In this document: positions 17,759-31,477 of the stretch, piece after piece
Position numbering within the stretch: the first letter of the stretch is position 1
Layout of the letters: every line of letters begins with the position of its first letter
Assembly (NCBI RefSeq): GCF_009914755.1
Contig: NC_060942.1
Source: the human T2T-CHM13v2.0 reference genome, Homo sapiens
Length of the DNA: 64,000 bases
Direction: 5' to 3' (one strand)
Translations under genes and position numbers: made by a program
Notes under the pieces: generated by a model
Database searches by the model: none
What the model was told of the DNA's origin: nothing
What the model saw: the letters and a program-made list of their open reading frames with translations, nothing else

Positions 17759-17796
<38 letters not shown>
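17759..17796. repeat. (CA)n microsatellite
   Basis: Read directly from the sequence. Confidence 0.95.
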
Positions 17797-17797
<1 letters not shown>

Positions 17798-19105
17798 TTA
17801 CTATATATGCATGTAGTTATTAACCAACTGCCTGTTTTCCAAGTGATTTTAATTTATATGCTCCTAATGAGTAATGAGATGGGTATTAACTGATAAACTT
17901 ATTCACCATATACATATCTTTTTGTTTGAGAAGTCTGTTAAATACTTTGCCATCTTTAACTCCGTTGTTTGTATTCAAGTTATTGATTTGTGAGTGTTCT
18001 TTATGTAGTTTAGATTCATATACTTTGTCAGAAATACATTTCTGTTTGTGGATGGACTTTTCATTGTTTAAAAGTATCCTTTGAAAATAAAAAGGTTTTA
18101 ATTTTTATTAAGCACAGTTTTTTATTACATAGTCAATGCCTCTCATTATCTACTTAAGAATTCTTATCTTAACCAAGCCCATGTACTTTTTGACACCAAT
18201 ATGTCTTCTCTCATAGAGTCTATTTAAACTTCTGCCCACTTTTTATTGTTTTCTTATTTGTTTTCTTATTCTTAACTTTTGAAAGATTTTCATGTATTCT
18301 GAACGTCAGTCTTTTATAATTTCTCTAACAGCATCTTACTGTGATCATGGTTGTACAACTCTGTGAATATAAGAACCAATGAATTGTACTATTTAATTTG
18401 GTGAATTTTATGGTGTGTAAATTATGTCTTAATAAAACTGTTTAAAACCCTATTCATTTTCTTAGCAGCATCTTCCAAAGAGCAGAAGTTCTTAATTTAA
18501 ATGCAGTAAAAGTTCTCTTTTTTTAGCTGATCATACTTTTGTTGTCATATTTAAGAAATGTTTGCTTAATCCAAGATCACTGGAAATTTATTCTTTTCTT
18601 TTTCTACAAGTTTTATGATCGTATTTATTTATGTATTTAAATCAATAAAATTGTATGTATTTACTTTGCACAACATGATGCTTTAAGATATATATACATT
18701 GTGAAATGTTAAGTCTAGCTAATTAACGTATGCATCACCTCACATAGTTATCATTTTTGTGGTGAGCACACTTTACATCCACTATCTTAGCATTTTTAAG
18801 AATAGCATATATTATTAACTATAGTCCCATGTTGTATAATGGATCTCTTGAACTTATTCATCCATCTAACTGAAATGTGTAAATTTACATTAAGGTCTGT
18901 GATCTAGGTTTAGCTTATTTTGTATATAGTGTGCGGGTATAAATTACACTTCATTTTTTTCTGCATGTGGACACACAATTGTTCCATCACATGTTGAAAG
19001 TTTATTTTTATTGACTAAATTGCCTTCGCACTTCTATTAAAAATCAATCAAACATGTGTAAGTGAGTCCAATTCTATATTTTCTATTTTGACCCACTAAT
19101 AAGTT

Positions 19106-19172
19106 TGACTGGGAATTGAATACAAGCTATGAGGGAGAAAGTACAGAATCTTAACTACCAGACTACAAGGTA
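19106..19172 (-). pseudogene. Decayed tRNA-Glu(TTC)-derived sequence
   Basis: Ungapped by-eye alignment to recalled human tRNA-Glu gives about 46/67 identical, with mismatches mostly transitions. B-box-like ttcaattccc and the TTC anticodon are retained. Confidence 0.65.
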
Positions 19173-20154
19173 GAGTGACAACACTAAAATATTAGAATAT
19201 TTCCACACCACCACCACACTGTCTTGATGTGTAGCTGACTTAAGAAACCTTGAATCAGGTACTGCAATGCCTTAAACTTTGTTCATTTTCAAAGCTGATT
19301 TGGCTGCTAGAACCTTTGCATTCCAATGTAATATGTAGAATCACTTTGTCAATTTATCCCAAAACAATCCTGCAAAGTGTTTATTGAGGTTACAATAAAC
19401 CTATACTTCATTCTGGAGAGAATTTATATCCTAACAAAATAGAGTCTTGCAATAAATAAACCCATTACATCTTTCTTTTATTTAGACTTTGTTCAGTGCT
19501 CCTCATCAATACCATGTATTTCAGTATTTAGGCCTGTGCATCTTTCTCCAGATTCATCTGTATTTTATATTTTGTGCTATTATATATGATTTTGTCTTTA
19601 ATTTCATTGTATGTTTGTTGTGAATACAGTGAAATGCATTGAATTTGTGTGTTGATCTTGTAACTGAAAAACTTCCTAGACTTGCTTAGTTCAGGTACAG
19701 GTTTAAAGATTTCATAGGATTTTTTTTGCCAACTATGTTGAGATATAATTCACATATCATAAATTGTAAGAATTCAGATTTTTTGAGTAATTTTGGCAGC
19801 TTGTATTATTCAAGAAATTTATCAACTTCATCTATTATCAAGGCTTCTCAACCTTGGCCAGCACTACTGCCATTTTGGACAGTAGTGGCGAAGAGAGGGT
19901 GGGGAGGAAAGTCACTCCTGGGTGAGAATGTTGCTTTAAGTTGTCAGATTTACTAGCATAACTTTTTTTAAATAAAAGTTTCTTATTATCCTATGTGTGT
20001 TCTATATGTTTATCTTTATCTGTGTCCATACACATATGTATATTTTGTACTGATGCCACCTCTCTCATTCCTGAAACATAAGTTAAGTTACGGGCAATTC
20101 TGTCATCTCCCTTGGTAGGCTTTTGAGCCTGACTGCCAGAGTGTAGATTATTTG

Positions 20155-20520
20155 AGCCCCTTTCACCAGCCACCCATGGCAAGTCACCTGCACCCTTCCT
20201 GTGCTCTGGAGGTTACTTGCTTCTTGCCTAGGGAATTCAGGCTGGCTCTGGCCTTACCAAACCTGCACATTTCTCTAGCAGCCAATGGGCTGCAACTATA
20301 ATTTCTGCAAAGAGGCCTGAACTCCATTCTCAGGAAATGAACCCACTTCCAAAATTCTCTTTTTTGTGTGTTCTCTCCCTCAGCCCATATGGTATCATGT
20401 AGAATCTTCATATGCCTTATAGTCATTCTTTTACCAGAATAAATAATAATTTTATGTGTTACACGTCCCCTGTTTTAATCTTTTAGTGGTGTCTATCTCT
20501 TGTGTGGATGCAGATTAACA
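20155..20520 (+). mobile_element. ERVL-class LTR fragment, family uncertain
   Basis: cagccaatgg and ctctccctcagccc motifs, with an ERVL-LTR-like 3' end (cccctgtttt...gtctatctcttg...gattaaca). Confidence 0.4.
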
Positions 20521-20619
20521 TAGAATTGCAACTGCTGCCAGTGAATTAAGAGGTTTGTGAATTATGAGAATTTCATTTTGGATTTTGCAAACACATGCTC
20601 TGCCAAACCTGGTGTGAGC

Positions 20620-20970
20620 CTAGAGTACTTTTCCCTCCAATCCTTTGGGTGATGCTTTACCCAGCTCAGAAAGTTTCCTCCCAAACATGTGCTGATCGGT
20701 ACTCAACTGAAAACCCAACACAGACACAGCTGATTTACTGAAAGCACTCTATACTTTGCCCTGTGAACTCACCTTGGCCTCCCTGAACTCCCCGTTCCAT
20801 CTGCTAAAATCAGGGAAAATGCCAGGCTGTGCCTGGGTTCCCCTCCCTGCCGCTCAGGGAGGCCGGACACTTTCTTCACGCTGTAATCTGTGGCCAGCGC
20901 AAGGCTCACCTTGTTGGTATCCCATCTCTTGGGGATCATTCTTCTTCATTAACTGATACTTCTCTTTTAG
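20620..20970 (-). mobile_element. L1M4/L1MD-type 5' region fragment
   Basis: agtttcctc..catgtgctgatc, gcctgggttcccctccctgc and ggctcacctt..cccatctcttggggatca motifs. Confidence 0.6.
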
Positions 20971-21989
20971 ATGCTGGTTCCTGATTATGTATTTCTCTTT
21001 CTAAGATCACATCTCAGGATCATATTGTTACTCATGCAAACATTAACATAAACATGCCAGCTCCACTGTCAGATGGAATTAACTCCTGAACAATGCCCAT
21101 CACAATGCTTTGTCAATTAAGGGCATCTGTTTAGAATTCTATAAACAACTTTCATCAGCACACAACCTTCTTCAGGTTCTCACTCTAATTCCCGAACTCG
21201 TCATAGTCGAAAGGAAACTGCATTGTATCCTTAAATCTTCTCAGAGTGAAATTACTTTTGCATTTGTTAGGCTTTTATGCTATATTCTCTTTTAAAATAT
21301 GATTTCTGCCTGATAGGACAAAAACAGTCTATGTCTTGAAAATCTCAGAAAAATTATGTGGTTTCTCAAGATTTGAGCTGTAAAATTTAGCAGGTAATAT
21401 TTAGCATGTTTTCCTATTTGTTCCTCCTCTCCCACCGTAAAGTTCTGGACACTTATCAGCTATTAAGGAACAGAGTGGAGGAAAACACACGGGGTCACCA
21501 GCGTTCAGATCAGCTTGAATAAACCACAGTTTCTGTATCATGGCCCTTTGCTTTGAAGCCCTTAGAGACTTACCTTTGTCAGATCCTACAGATTACTGAG
21601 CCCAGAGGATAAATATAAGTTAATTAAAAAATATGCCCACTAGGGTTGGTAAGAGAGTGACAGCTTGTTACAAACAAAGACAAAAGCAACTGTTGCATAA
21701 ACAGGGAGTCTTTAAAAACAATTAATTCATTCACATCTTTTGGTAAAACAATTGAAAAGAAGTCAAAAGCAAGAACTTCTTTATTGATTTACTCAAAGAA
21801 ATATCTGACTAGGATGACTAGAAAGACTCATTGCTGTTATGATTTGCACATTTTCTCTTCATGGACTGACATACCTTTGAATTGGAAAGTCGCCACATGA
21901 GGATATGGTGAGAAGAAAAGGAACTAGTTTTTTTTTAATTTAATGTTTATTGTTATCAGGCTGAGATATACAAAGTCCATTATTATTCC

Positions 21990-22004
21990 AGACACATACA
22001 TACA

Positions 22005-22049
<45 letters not shown>
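21990..22049. repeat. (CA)n microsatellite
   Basis: Read directly from the sequence. Confidence 0.95.
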
Positions 22050-22126
22050 TTACCTTTAATACTTCATAATAGGGGCAATTTTGAGTTGGCACCTGAATCT
22101 CAAACTCCAAAAGTGTGATGCTTCTA

Positions 22127-22625
22127 TGTATCACATTGGTTACCTGTTACTATGTAACCAATTACCCTAAAATTAGCAGCTTAAAACAGTACGCATCTAT
22201 TTTATAGTTTTTCTAGAATCTAGGCATAGCTTAACGAGGTTGTCTGCTTGTGAGTCTCTCAAAAGGCTATGATCAGATTATCCTCCAGGGTAAGGGTCTC
22301 TTATGAAGGCTCAACTAAAAGATCTCTTCCACCAGTTTTGGTAAGACTCATTTCTGAAGGACTGATGGACTGAGGACCTTATCTCCCCACTGCCTCCAGG
22401 CCAGAGCCCACCCACAATTTCTTGCCATGTGGATCTCTCCAACTTGACAATGTGGTTCATCAAATCCAGCAAGAGAAAGAGTCAGTGAACAAGATGGAAA
22501 TCACAATCTTAGGTAACCTAATCACATCTGCTACCTTCCACCAACTTTGCTTTATTCTGTTTCTAAGAAGAAAGTCTCTAAGTAAAGCCAATTGAAGGAC
22601 TGAATATACAAACAATGACTAGTTC
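22127..22625 (-). mobile_element. MLT1-family MaLR LTR (MLT1E/F-like)
   Basis: attaccctaaaattagcagcttaaaaca, tgaaggctcaact and tttcttgccatgtgg motifs. Confidence 0.65.
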
Positions 22626-22634
22626 ATATACAAA

Positions 22635-23266
22635 AGTAGAGAATCTGACTCCCAATATGCAGCAACCAGGAAAACAGCCCCCTTTCTCACCGCAGGGAGA
22701 AGAAATGTCTTTGAGGTAATGCATAAGTTAATGAGCTGTCTTAGCCATTTCACAATGTATACATGTGTCAAAACATGTTGGACACCACAAATACATACAA
22801 TTTTATTTGTCAACGGAAAACAAAACAGGAAGCCAGCCTGTTATAAATGAGACTTGTGGGAAGCCAGTTTGCTGTCTTTAGTGACAATTCAGAAAGCTAA
22901 ACAATAACTTTTGTAACAATTGGTTCAAAATGACCAGAACTTTAAAAACTCAGTTTCTCTAATTTTTGTCCCATTTCCTAACTTAGGATCAACCAGAGAA
23001 AGACAAATATACACCCGTAACCAATCCCATAGGGTGTCCCACTTCCAGGTAGCTGGCCTGCAGCTTCTTCATGCCAGTCGCCTCCAATCAGGGCAAGCTT
23101 GAAGCTGTCCTCTTTTTCACTATAAAGCTCTCGCACTTCTCTGCCTGCCTTTGAATCCCTGCCAACATCCAAGTAATGTTGGCTGACTCTCTTGCTATGC
23201 AAGCACAGGATAAACGGCCTTTGTTTTTCCCATTTGGTTGGTCTTTGTATATATTTTTTTGCCACA
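22635..23266 (+). mobile_element. MER34-family LTR containing a short L1MA 3' tail (~22690-22825)
   Basis: aaacaataacttttgtaacaattgg, aacttaggatcaaccagagaaag, cactataaagct and ggctgactctcttgcta motifs. caggaaaacagcc and caggaagccagcc flank the L1 tail. Confidence 0.65.
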
Positions 23267-24824
23267 TTCGAAGGGAAGAGGTGTTACACAAGGGTGTCAC
23301 ACAAGGATGTGTGGGTCATGCAGGCCACCTTAGACATCTGAGTACCACAGTGCTTAAGCAGACATTGTAAGCATTCATCCTCCCACAGCTGTTTTTCTTT
23401 GCTTCTGCTGATTCTGGTCAGTAATGTTTCTGAATGACACATTCCATCTTCGGACGTTTTTTAAAAAAATATGCTGGTGATTTTATTTATCATCCCACTT
23501 AAGGTCTGTATGAGTGCCTTCCCGATGTACAATGAGATGAGAGCTTTGCTATTAGTTCCTAAGTTTCAACTCCCACATCTACTTTTACTCTGAGCCCCTC
23601 TCAACACCGACTATGGCACTTTCACCAAATGTCTCCTAAAAGCAAGTTTTCCTGTTTATTTTCATCAATTGTCTGACTAAAGAACTGTTCCATAATTGAG
23701 GGATTTGATCACTTGGACTCTTGTCAATTTTTTTCTTCCATATTGAACTTGGACTCTAACAGAAAATTTATCTGAAAAATGTAAATATATTTTTAGGTTT
23801 AAGTAAACACATAACAATAAGTTATGGAAATGGTACCCTTCAAAACAGAAAGTTGAATATGAGCTTGAATCATTAATATGTTTGGCTGTTTATAATTCTT
23901 ATAGACATCGATCTCATCCCTCTCTAGTAAGAAACTCATTATTCATCCTCATACCAATCAGTTAACATTTGCCCAGCAAAACACCAAATAGTGACTCCTT
24001 GTACATAAGTCATCATTCTTTTTTCTTATATATGACTTGACTAGAGTACAAGTGCCCTTCTAAACAGCGAGATGACTGTCTTTTAGCCAGGTCACTCTCC
24101 AGTCGAATTGGAATATAAGGTATAGAGAAAAAGAATGCGGGTAGTAAGACTGCCAAAATCTAGATCCACAAACAGAAATGCTTTCAAGAATGTATAAAAT
24201 AAAAGACTAAGAAAGGTATGGAATAAAAAGATTCCAGCAAATGTGTCCCACGCAAGATTACCGTATATCTGAAAGTTATTTTTGAATTTTTATAAGTTCT
24301 TGTCAAAATCAGAGAAAATTTGGACATAAATGTTTGGGTTCAGGGTTCTAACAAAATAATGCCTGTTTTTCCATATTGAGTTCATAAAGGATTGAAAAAC
24401 AAGCAAATGAATCAGAGGAGTGGGAAAAAAAAACAGCCTATTTAGTAAAATTCGAGAACAGGATGTTTGATTCCAAGGCTATTCCCTTGAAACCCGCCTG
24501 GGAGGTCAGCTGATATCTCCTTCGAAGAGGCAGATAAATTCCTGCTCTGTGGTGGAGAGAAGGTGGGAGTGTGCATTCTAGATAGGCATCTGGATCATGA
24601 ACTGAGAGGGAAAGGAGTGTTGATAAAAGAATATGCTAGCCTGTTCATTTTCTTCTTCTAATTTCATGTATCAGGCAACTGGTTCTTTTCAGTGGTGAGG
24701 AAAAAATGGGCAGGAGAGACTGAAGTGGGACTTCAAGGAGGTGCCCTCATGGAGACTCGATACCATGAACATGTGTTCTCCACAATCATAGGCATCTTCA
24801 CGTGGAGTTCACACATGTGCTCCC

Positions 24825-25440
24825 TGAACCAGCATGTTTTGAATCCTTACTCTACAATAGCCACTTGACACTCATCACAAAGATGAGTAATATAGTCATT
24901 GCCCTCAAGTAACTTAAATTCTGTAGAGGAATATAAACAAGCCGACATTGTAGATTGTGATAAATGCCATTATTACGATTAATTCAGGACAATGTAGCAG
25001 TAAAAATAAATTGTATTTAAAGTATTTTTCTATGGAGGGTCATGTTCATGTACTAGTTAGTGGGAGGCATCTGGTCCTACTCTGATAATTCTAGGAATTT
25101 TGGTATAGTTTGATATTGAGATATAATACAGGAGAGAGAAGAGATAAATTGAACTGAATTAAAAACCAGCCTTCTATTTCAAGTAATGAAATTCACGTTT
25201 TCCTAAAAACAACGGAAGTACCTTAAATCATTTCAGCCATGTAAACAACATTATTAGATTTGTGTTCTTAGGAATGTCATACTGGCCCGAGTGTGTTAAA
25301 ATAAATCAGATGAGAAAGGTCAAAAGGCACTAATATCATTATGAAATTTGCCCAAGCAATTCAAGTACAAAATCATAAAGGACTGAACTATGGTAGTAGC
25401 AACAGGAATGAGAAATGTGGCTAGATGTAGTTAACATGAA
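24825..25440 (-). mobile_element. L2 fragment
   Basis: gtcattgccctcaagtaactta and ggactgaactatggtagtagcaacaggaatgaga motifs. Confidence 0.5.
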
Positions 25441-26169
25441 CTTTTATTCTGCCAGGTATTTTTGAAGTTATTTTTTGTTGTCACTTTTGTTTACTAGGCC
25501 ACCATTCTTTGCTGGTTCACTGTACTATATGTTATTTGTGCAAATAAAAGAACTTTCCTTTCTTGGTACAGGGATGGCCCCAAGTCCCCATATTGTTGAA
25601 TCATTGAAATCAACCCCCTTGGCAACTATAGCTTGTCATATGTGTGGGCGTATATTCCAGGAGAAGCCAATTAGTGTCTTTATCATTGACATAAGAATAT
25701 TGAGACAGAAGAGAAATGACAGGTAATTTGAACCCCGAAGAATGAAAAGAATAAGAAATCTTGTGTTGCTAAATATCAAGGCATATGGAGTATTTTATAA
25801 ACAGATACAATCTGCCATATAAACATAGAAGTCAATAGTAAAATGAGAATGATAATATAGTCTCCATACAGTTGGACTTTGCAAAAGTTACACCAAACGC
25901 AAAACAAAACAAATAATAGCCCCACACAACATGTAAGATTTCACTGCATGAAATCTTTAAATGCACACATTTCTGTGGCTCAAAAATACCCATTAGAATA
26001 CTAAAAATAAAATACATCATTAGAAATAATAAAAGGAAGATTAGAAGCACAGATAAACTTCATCTTGAATATATTTTTTAAGATCTCTTAAAGGTTAATC
26101 AGAAAAGATAAAAATCTCCCCAGAAAAATGTGAACATGAGCAGAAGACATGATCATTCACAAATAAGAA

Positions 26170-27450
<1,281 letters not shown>

Positions 27451-29270
27451 TATTGAATTTCATTAGAAAGGAAAGACTGCTAAATAAATGTAAAAATTAA
27501 TGAGACATTTTGTGCATGAAGAAAGTAAAAAGTATATGTGGAAAAAATAACTAATAATCAGAATTAAAAGAATGGGCAAATAGTAGGAATCTAAATTGGC
27601 ATAAATATTTTGAAGAATGAAATGTTAAGAATTCACCAACTGTTAGGAATTCATTCAACACATTTTGAAAACTCAAAATTTGGCATGTGTTTCAATTAAT
27701 GTACTTTTCAAAGAAATTATGTGTAAAAAGTTAAAATAAGATTTTCTTTATAGAGAGGTATACTGTTGCAGTACATTAGTATCAAATTACAGTCAACACA
27801 AAGGTAAAGTTTTCTTCCATAAAATGAGATTCATTTAGTTAATTAAATATGATATATTGGGATATTTTCTGTATAATATAAAGTAGAGATACTTTTGGAA
27901 AGACATATTTTGTGAAATATTTACTTCTTGATATTATTCATACTCATATATCCTGTTCAGGAAATGCTAGTGAGTGGACCCATAATATATAAATTTCATC
28001 AACAGTTTCACCCTTCTTAATGATAATGAAAGGCCTGATAATTAAAGCAGCTAAAATATATCAGCAATAATATAGCATACACAAAGACATCACTGTTTCC
28101 TAAATTGCAGTATTTGAGCTAAAATCTAGCCAAAGGAACTTGGGTTTGATGGGTGCTCTGTTTCTGTGGCATCCTTTTTTCTTCATTTTCTCCTGCTTGT
28201 TTCATGTTGCCTGACTATTTAGTAAGACTATTTCAGATTTTTAAAAGAGGCATGTCCAGAGAGCCCTGATGGATGAGGGTGTGCTGCAATGATACCTGGG
28301 GAAGAAATGAGGAACACAGCCCTGATGCAGCAGCTGCACAGCCAGGGCTCAGGAAAGTAAATACTTGTGTGGATACAGCAGCAGCTAGAACTGCCTTGTG
28401 ACACAAATGCAATTGTAATAATTTCACTTTTGAAGCCCACATTTGCTGCTTCTTAATGTAGAAATTTGCCATACTATGTATCTCTCTGACACAGAATTGC
28501 AACTGATGCCCCAGAATTAAGAGATTTGTGAATTATGAGAATTTCATTTTCGATTTTGGGAACACGTGCTCTGCCAAACCGGTGTGAGCTTAGAGTACTT
28601 TCCCCTCTAATCCTTTGGGTGATGTTTACTCAGCTTAGATAGTTTCCTCCCACATGTGTGCTGATCACTCATCAACTGAAAACCCGACACAGACACTGCA
28701 GACTTACAAATATTCCAACATAACTTTCAGTTGTAAAGTTGTCTAGAGTGGTGCACATTTCTGGCATGTTTTTATACCAATGACAGAAATCAATTCAGAG
28801 TTACTGGAAAATCATAACTGCAGAAAAGACTGTACACTCATCAGGTGAAGTCTGAGAGTTACCTAAGTCCTCATGTTAACCAGTTTTGCAACAGGAAAAT
28901 CTGACACACTAAAAGGTGGAGTGACGAGTTAATATTATCAACCAGTAGCAAATTCACCTACTTTGTTCAGGTCATGTTGTAGAGAGGCTCTTAGTTACAA
29001 GTTCTGCTGATTTCCTTTTACATTGTATAAAACACATGTGCCTTATCATATAATATGCAAATTGCATTCTTAATGTAGAATTACAAAAACATGTGTTGCA
29101 ATAGTGTTTATCTCAAATTGCTCTAGTTTGTGAAAAACCTGCAGAAATGACCCCCTAACACTCACAGGAATACTACTTGAACGTTTACATTAAATCTTCT
29201 AGAAAAAAAGAACAGATGATAAACTAGACAATAAAGATATTTAAGGAAAGAATAACTTAAAGCACTATCC

Positions 29271-29330
29271 ATATATATGTGTATATATATGTATATATAT
29301 GTGTGTGTGTATATATACATATTCACATAT
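29271..29330. repeat. (TA)/(TG) low-complexity microsatellite
   Basis: Read directly from the sequence. Confidence 0.85.
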
Positions 29331-29431
29331 AGGAATAATGAAGAAAATTGCACATAATGATTTAAGTTATAAACTTGCCTATTTTATTGTGGATTTGTAT
29401 TGTGGATGTTCAACAAAAGGTCAAGAGTCCA

Positions 29432-29839
29432 TGTATTAGTTATTGCTGTGTGGCAACCTTGGAGTCTTAGTGGTTTATGACAATACTTTTGTGTTTTACT
29501 CACAGGTCTCCATTGTCTGGAGTTTGCCTAATCATGTCTGAGCTCAGCTCTGCCTGCTTACCAACTGTGGGTTGGGGCCAGGTCTGCTCCCTCTGTGTCT
29601 TCGTGGTACTTGACACAGTGACTCTCCAGGGCTTGTTCTTCTCATAGCAGATAGTAGAAGTGCAAGAGGGAAAGCAAAGTAACATAAACATATTTAAATC
29701 TACTACTTTGTTTATGTTATGTCTCTTCATAATACATTGGTTAGAGAAAACTGCATATACAAGCTCTGCTTTCCTGGTATACGCCAAAATTAAATGACGA
29801 GAAAGCAAAGAATTAGGAACAACCATGTCATCTACCACA
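29432..29839 (-). mobile_element. MLT1H/I-like MaLR solo LTR
   Basis: tgtattagttattgctgtgt ... tctaccaca termini. ggccaggtctgctcc and ttcttctcatagcagatagtagaagtgcaagag motifs. Confidence 0.7.
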
Positions 29840-29981
29840 TGAGAATATCTGGAGTGGTAGGAGTTCTGGTGATTTTATTCTTGCGTCTTGTTTTTAAGGG
29901 AATTTTGATTAGTAAGTTTCACAAGATTGAAAAATATTAAGGAGTTGAGCTACATCCCAATCCATATCATTCTGTTCCACA

Positions 29982-30323
29982 AATTCAGGCATTTTTAGAG
30001 TATGGTGTTGATTATATTTAATTCAGGCATTTTTAGAGTATGGTGTTGATTATATTTAATTCAGGCATTTTTAGAGTATGGTGTTGATTATATTTAATTC
30101 AGGCATTTTTAGAGTATGGTGTTGATTATATTTAATTCAGGCATTTTTAGAGTATGGTGTTGATTATATTTAATTCAGGCATTTTTAGAGTATGGTGTTG
30201 ATTATATTTAATTCAGGCATTTTTAGAGTATGGTGTTGATTATATTTAATTCAGGCATTTTTAGAGTATGGTGTTGATTATATTTAATTCAGGCATTTTT
30301 AGAGTATGGTGTTGATTATATTT
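29982..30323. repeat. Perfect minisatellite, 9 x 38 bp
   Basis: Unit aattcaggcatttttagagtatggtgttgattatattt repeated nine times with no visible mismatch (period checked at 29990, 30028 ... 30294). Confidence 0.97.
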
Positions 30324-31477
30324 AGTACTCCTTAGCATCTTACCTTTTAGTTCAAATACCAAGGTTGTAAGAGACTGAGAAGACACTTAAATCACCCCAA
30401 AAATGCTTTAAATTACTCCATTATAAATTCTTAAGTGTCAATTCAGCTTTTATTTGAGAGGTAAGAGACTACACCTATATTTTTTTCTTACATATCTCCT
30501 AACGTGAAGTGATAAGCCATCACATCCACTTCTGTATATTAGCGGCATTATGCAGCATTAGCAATCCTTGTGAATAGAGTCAAATGAATCTAGAGTCCAT
30601 GGTTTATTACACTGCTCAGATGCCTTAACAGCTCTATACTATGAAGTGCACAGAATAAGAATGCTAATGCTTACTCCAAATTGTTTTTGTGAAGAGTTTA
30701 TGAGATCTCTTATGCCAAGTAGCTGACACAAAACACACTTAATTGATATTTTTAATATTAAACCCAAATTCTCTTTGACATTTAGGGAAGTCATAAAAGC
30801 TGAAATTCAAAATTATCTTGCTCATATAATTTTATATTTATACTTTTGCTGCTGAATATCATAATACTACCCATACAGAATTCAATGCTAAAACTAAAAA
30901 AAGAGCACTCCTTCCAGGGTGAAAATTTATATATTTATATAGATTATATTGAATATTATATATTCATGTTTAGAAAAATACAAGACAATCAACATCTGAT
31001 TAATGGACATCTATGCCAAATGTTCAAAAATATATATTTTAAAAATACTACACTCAAGTGACTCAAAATCAAAACCGAGAAAGAAGAATTTTGAGTCGAT
31101 TATATCTCTTAATGAAAATTAGTCACCTTTTTTAAACAAAAGGGGAAAAAATGATGTCTTATTAAAAACAAACTATTGGGGTAAAAATGTTCAATTAGTA
31201 TAATTAGAACACAAAAATCAAAATGAAACAAATCCCTGAAATTATATATCCAATAAATAATAGATAATTTTCTGAGCATTCGACCAGGTAGTTCATTAAC
31301 ATAAAGAAGAACATGTAACTTGTGTATGATTAACTTTTTCAATTTTAAAATAAGTTTAGTACAAACCATATGTTTGCATTGCATTGATAAACAGCATACA
31401 ATTGTCCTTTTTGGTTAGTGCATTTTTGGTTGTACATAGGATAGTTGCATCATGTTAGGAGAAACTATTACTTATCT

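Larger units (their letters stand above)
16190..20150 (-). mobile_element. Mosaic of antisense old L1 (L1MC/MD-like 3' end and ORF2) with nested inserts
   Basis: Antisense L1 motifs: tttattgagatac, ctgatggacatttgggttg, ccacactgtcttgat, ttctggagagaatt. Nested elements include a MER57-like LTR, an Alu, an L1MB tail (+, ~18340-18448) and an L1MA tail (-, ~18620-18880). Confidence 0.65.

Noticed and set aside
21568-22056. Minus-strand AGGTAAGT donor motifs (acttacct at ~21568 and ~22048; also ~11444 and ~44728)
   Set aside because: None has a convincing partner acceptor, and a few such 8-mers are expected in 64 kb of AT-rich DNA.
29982-30323. 38-bp repeats as a CRISPR array
   Set aside because: The units are head-to-tail with no spacers, there are no cas genes, and the context is primate DNA.
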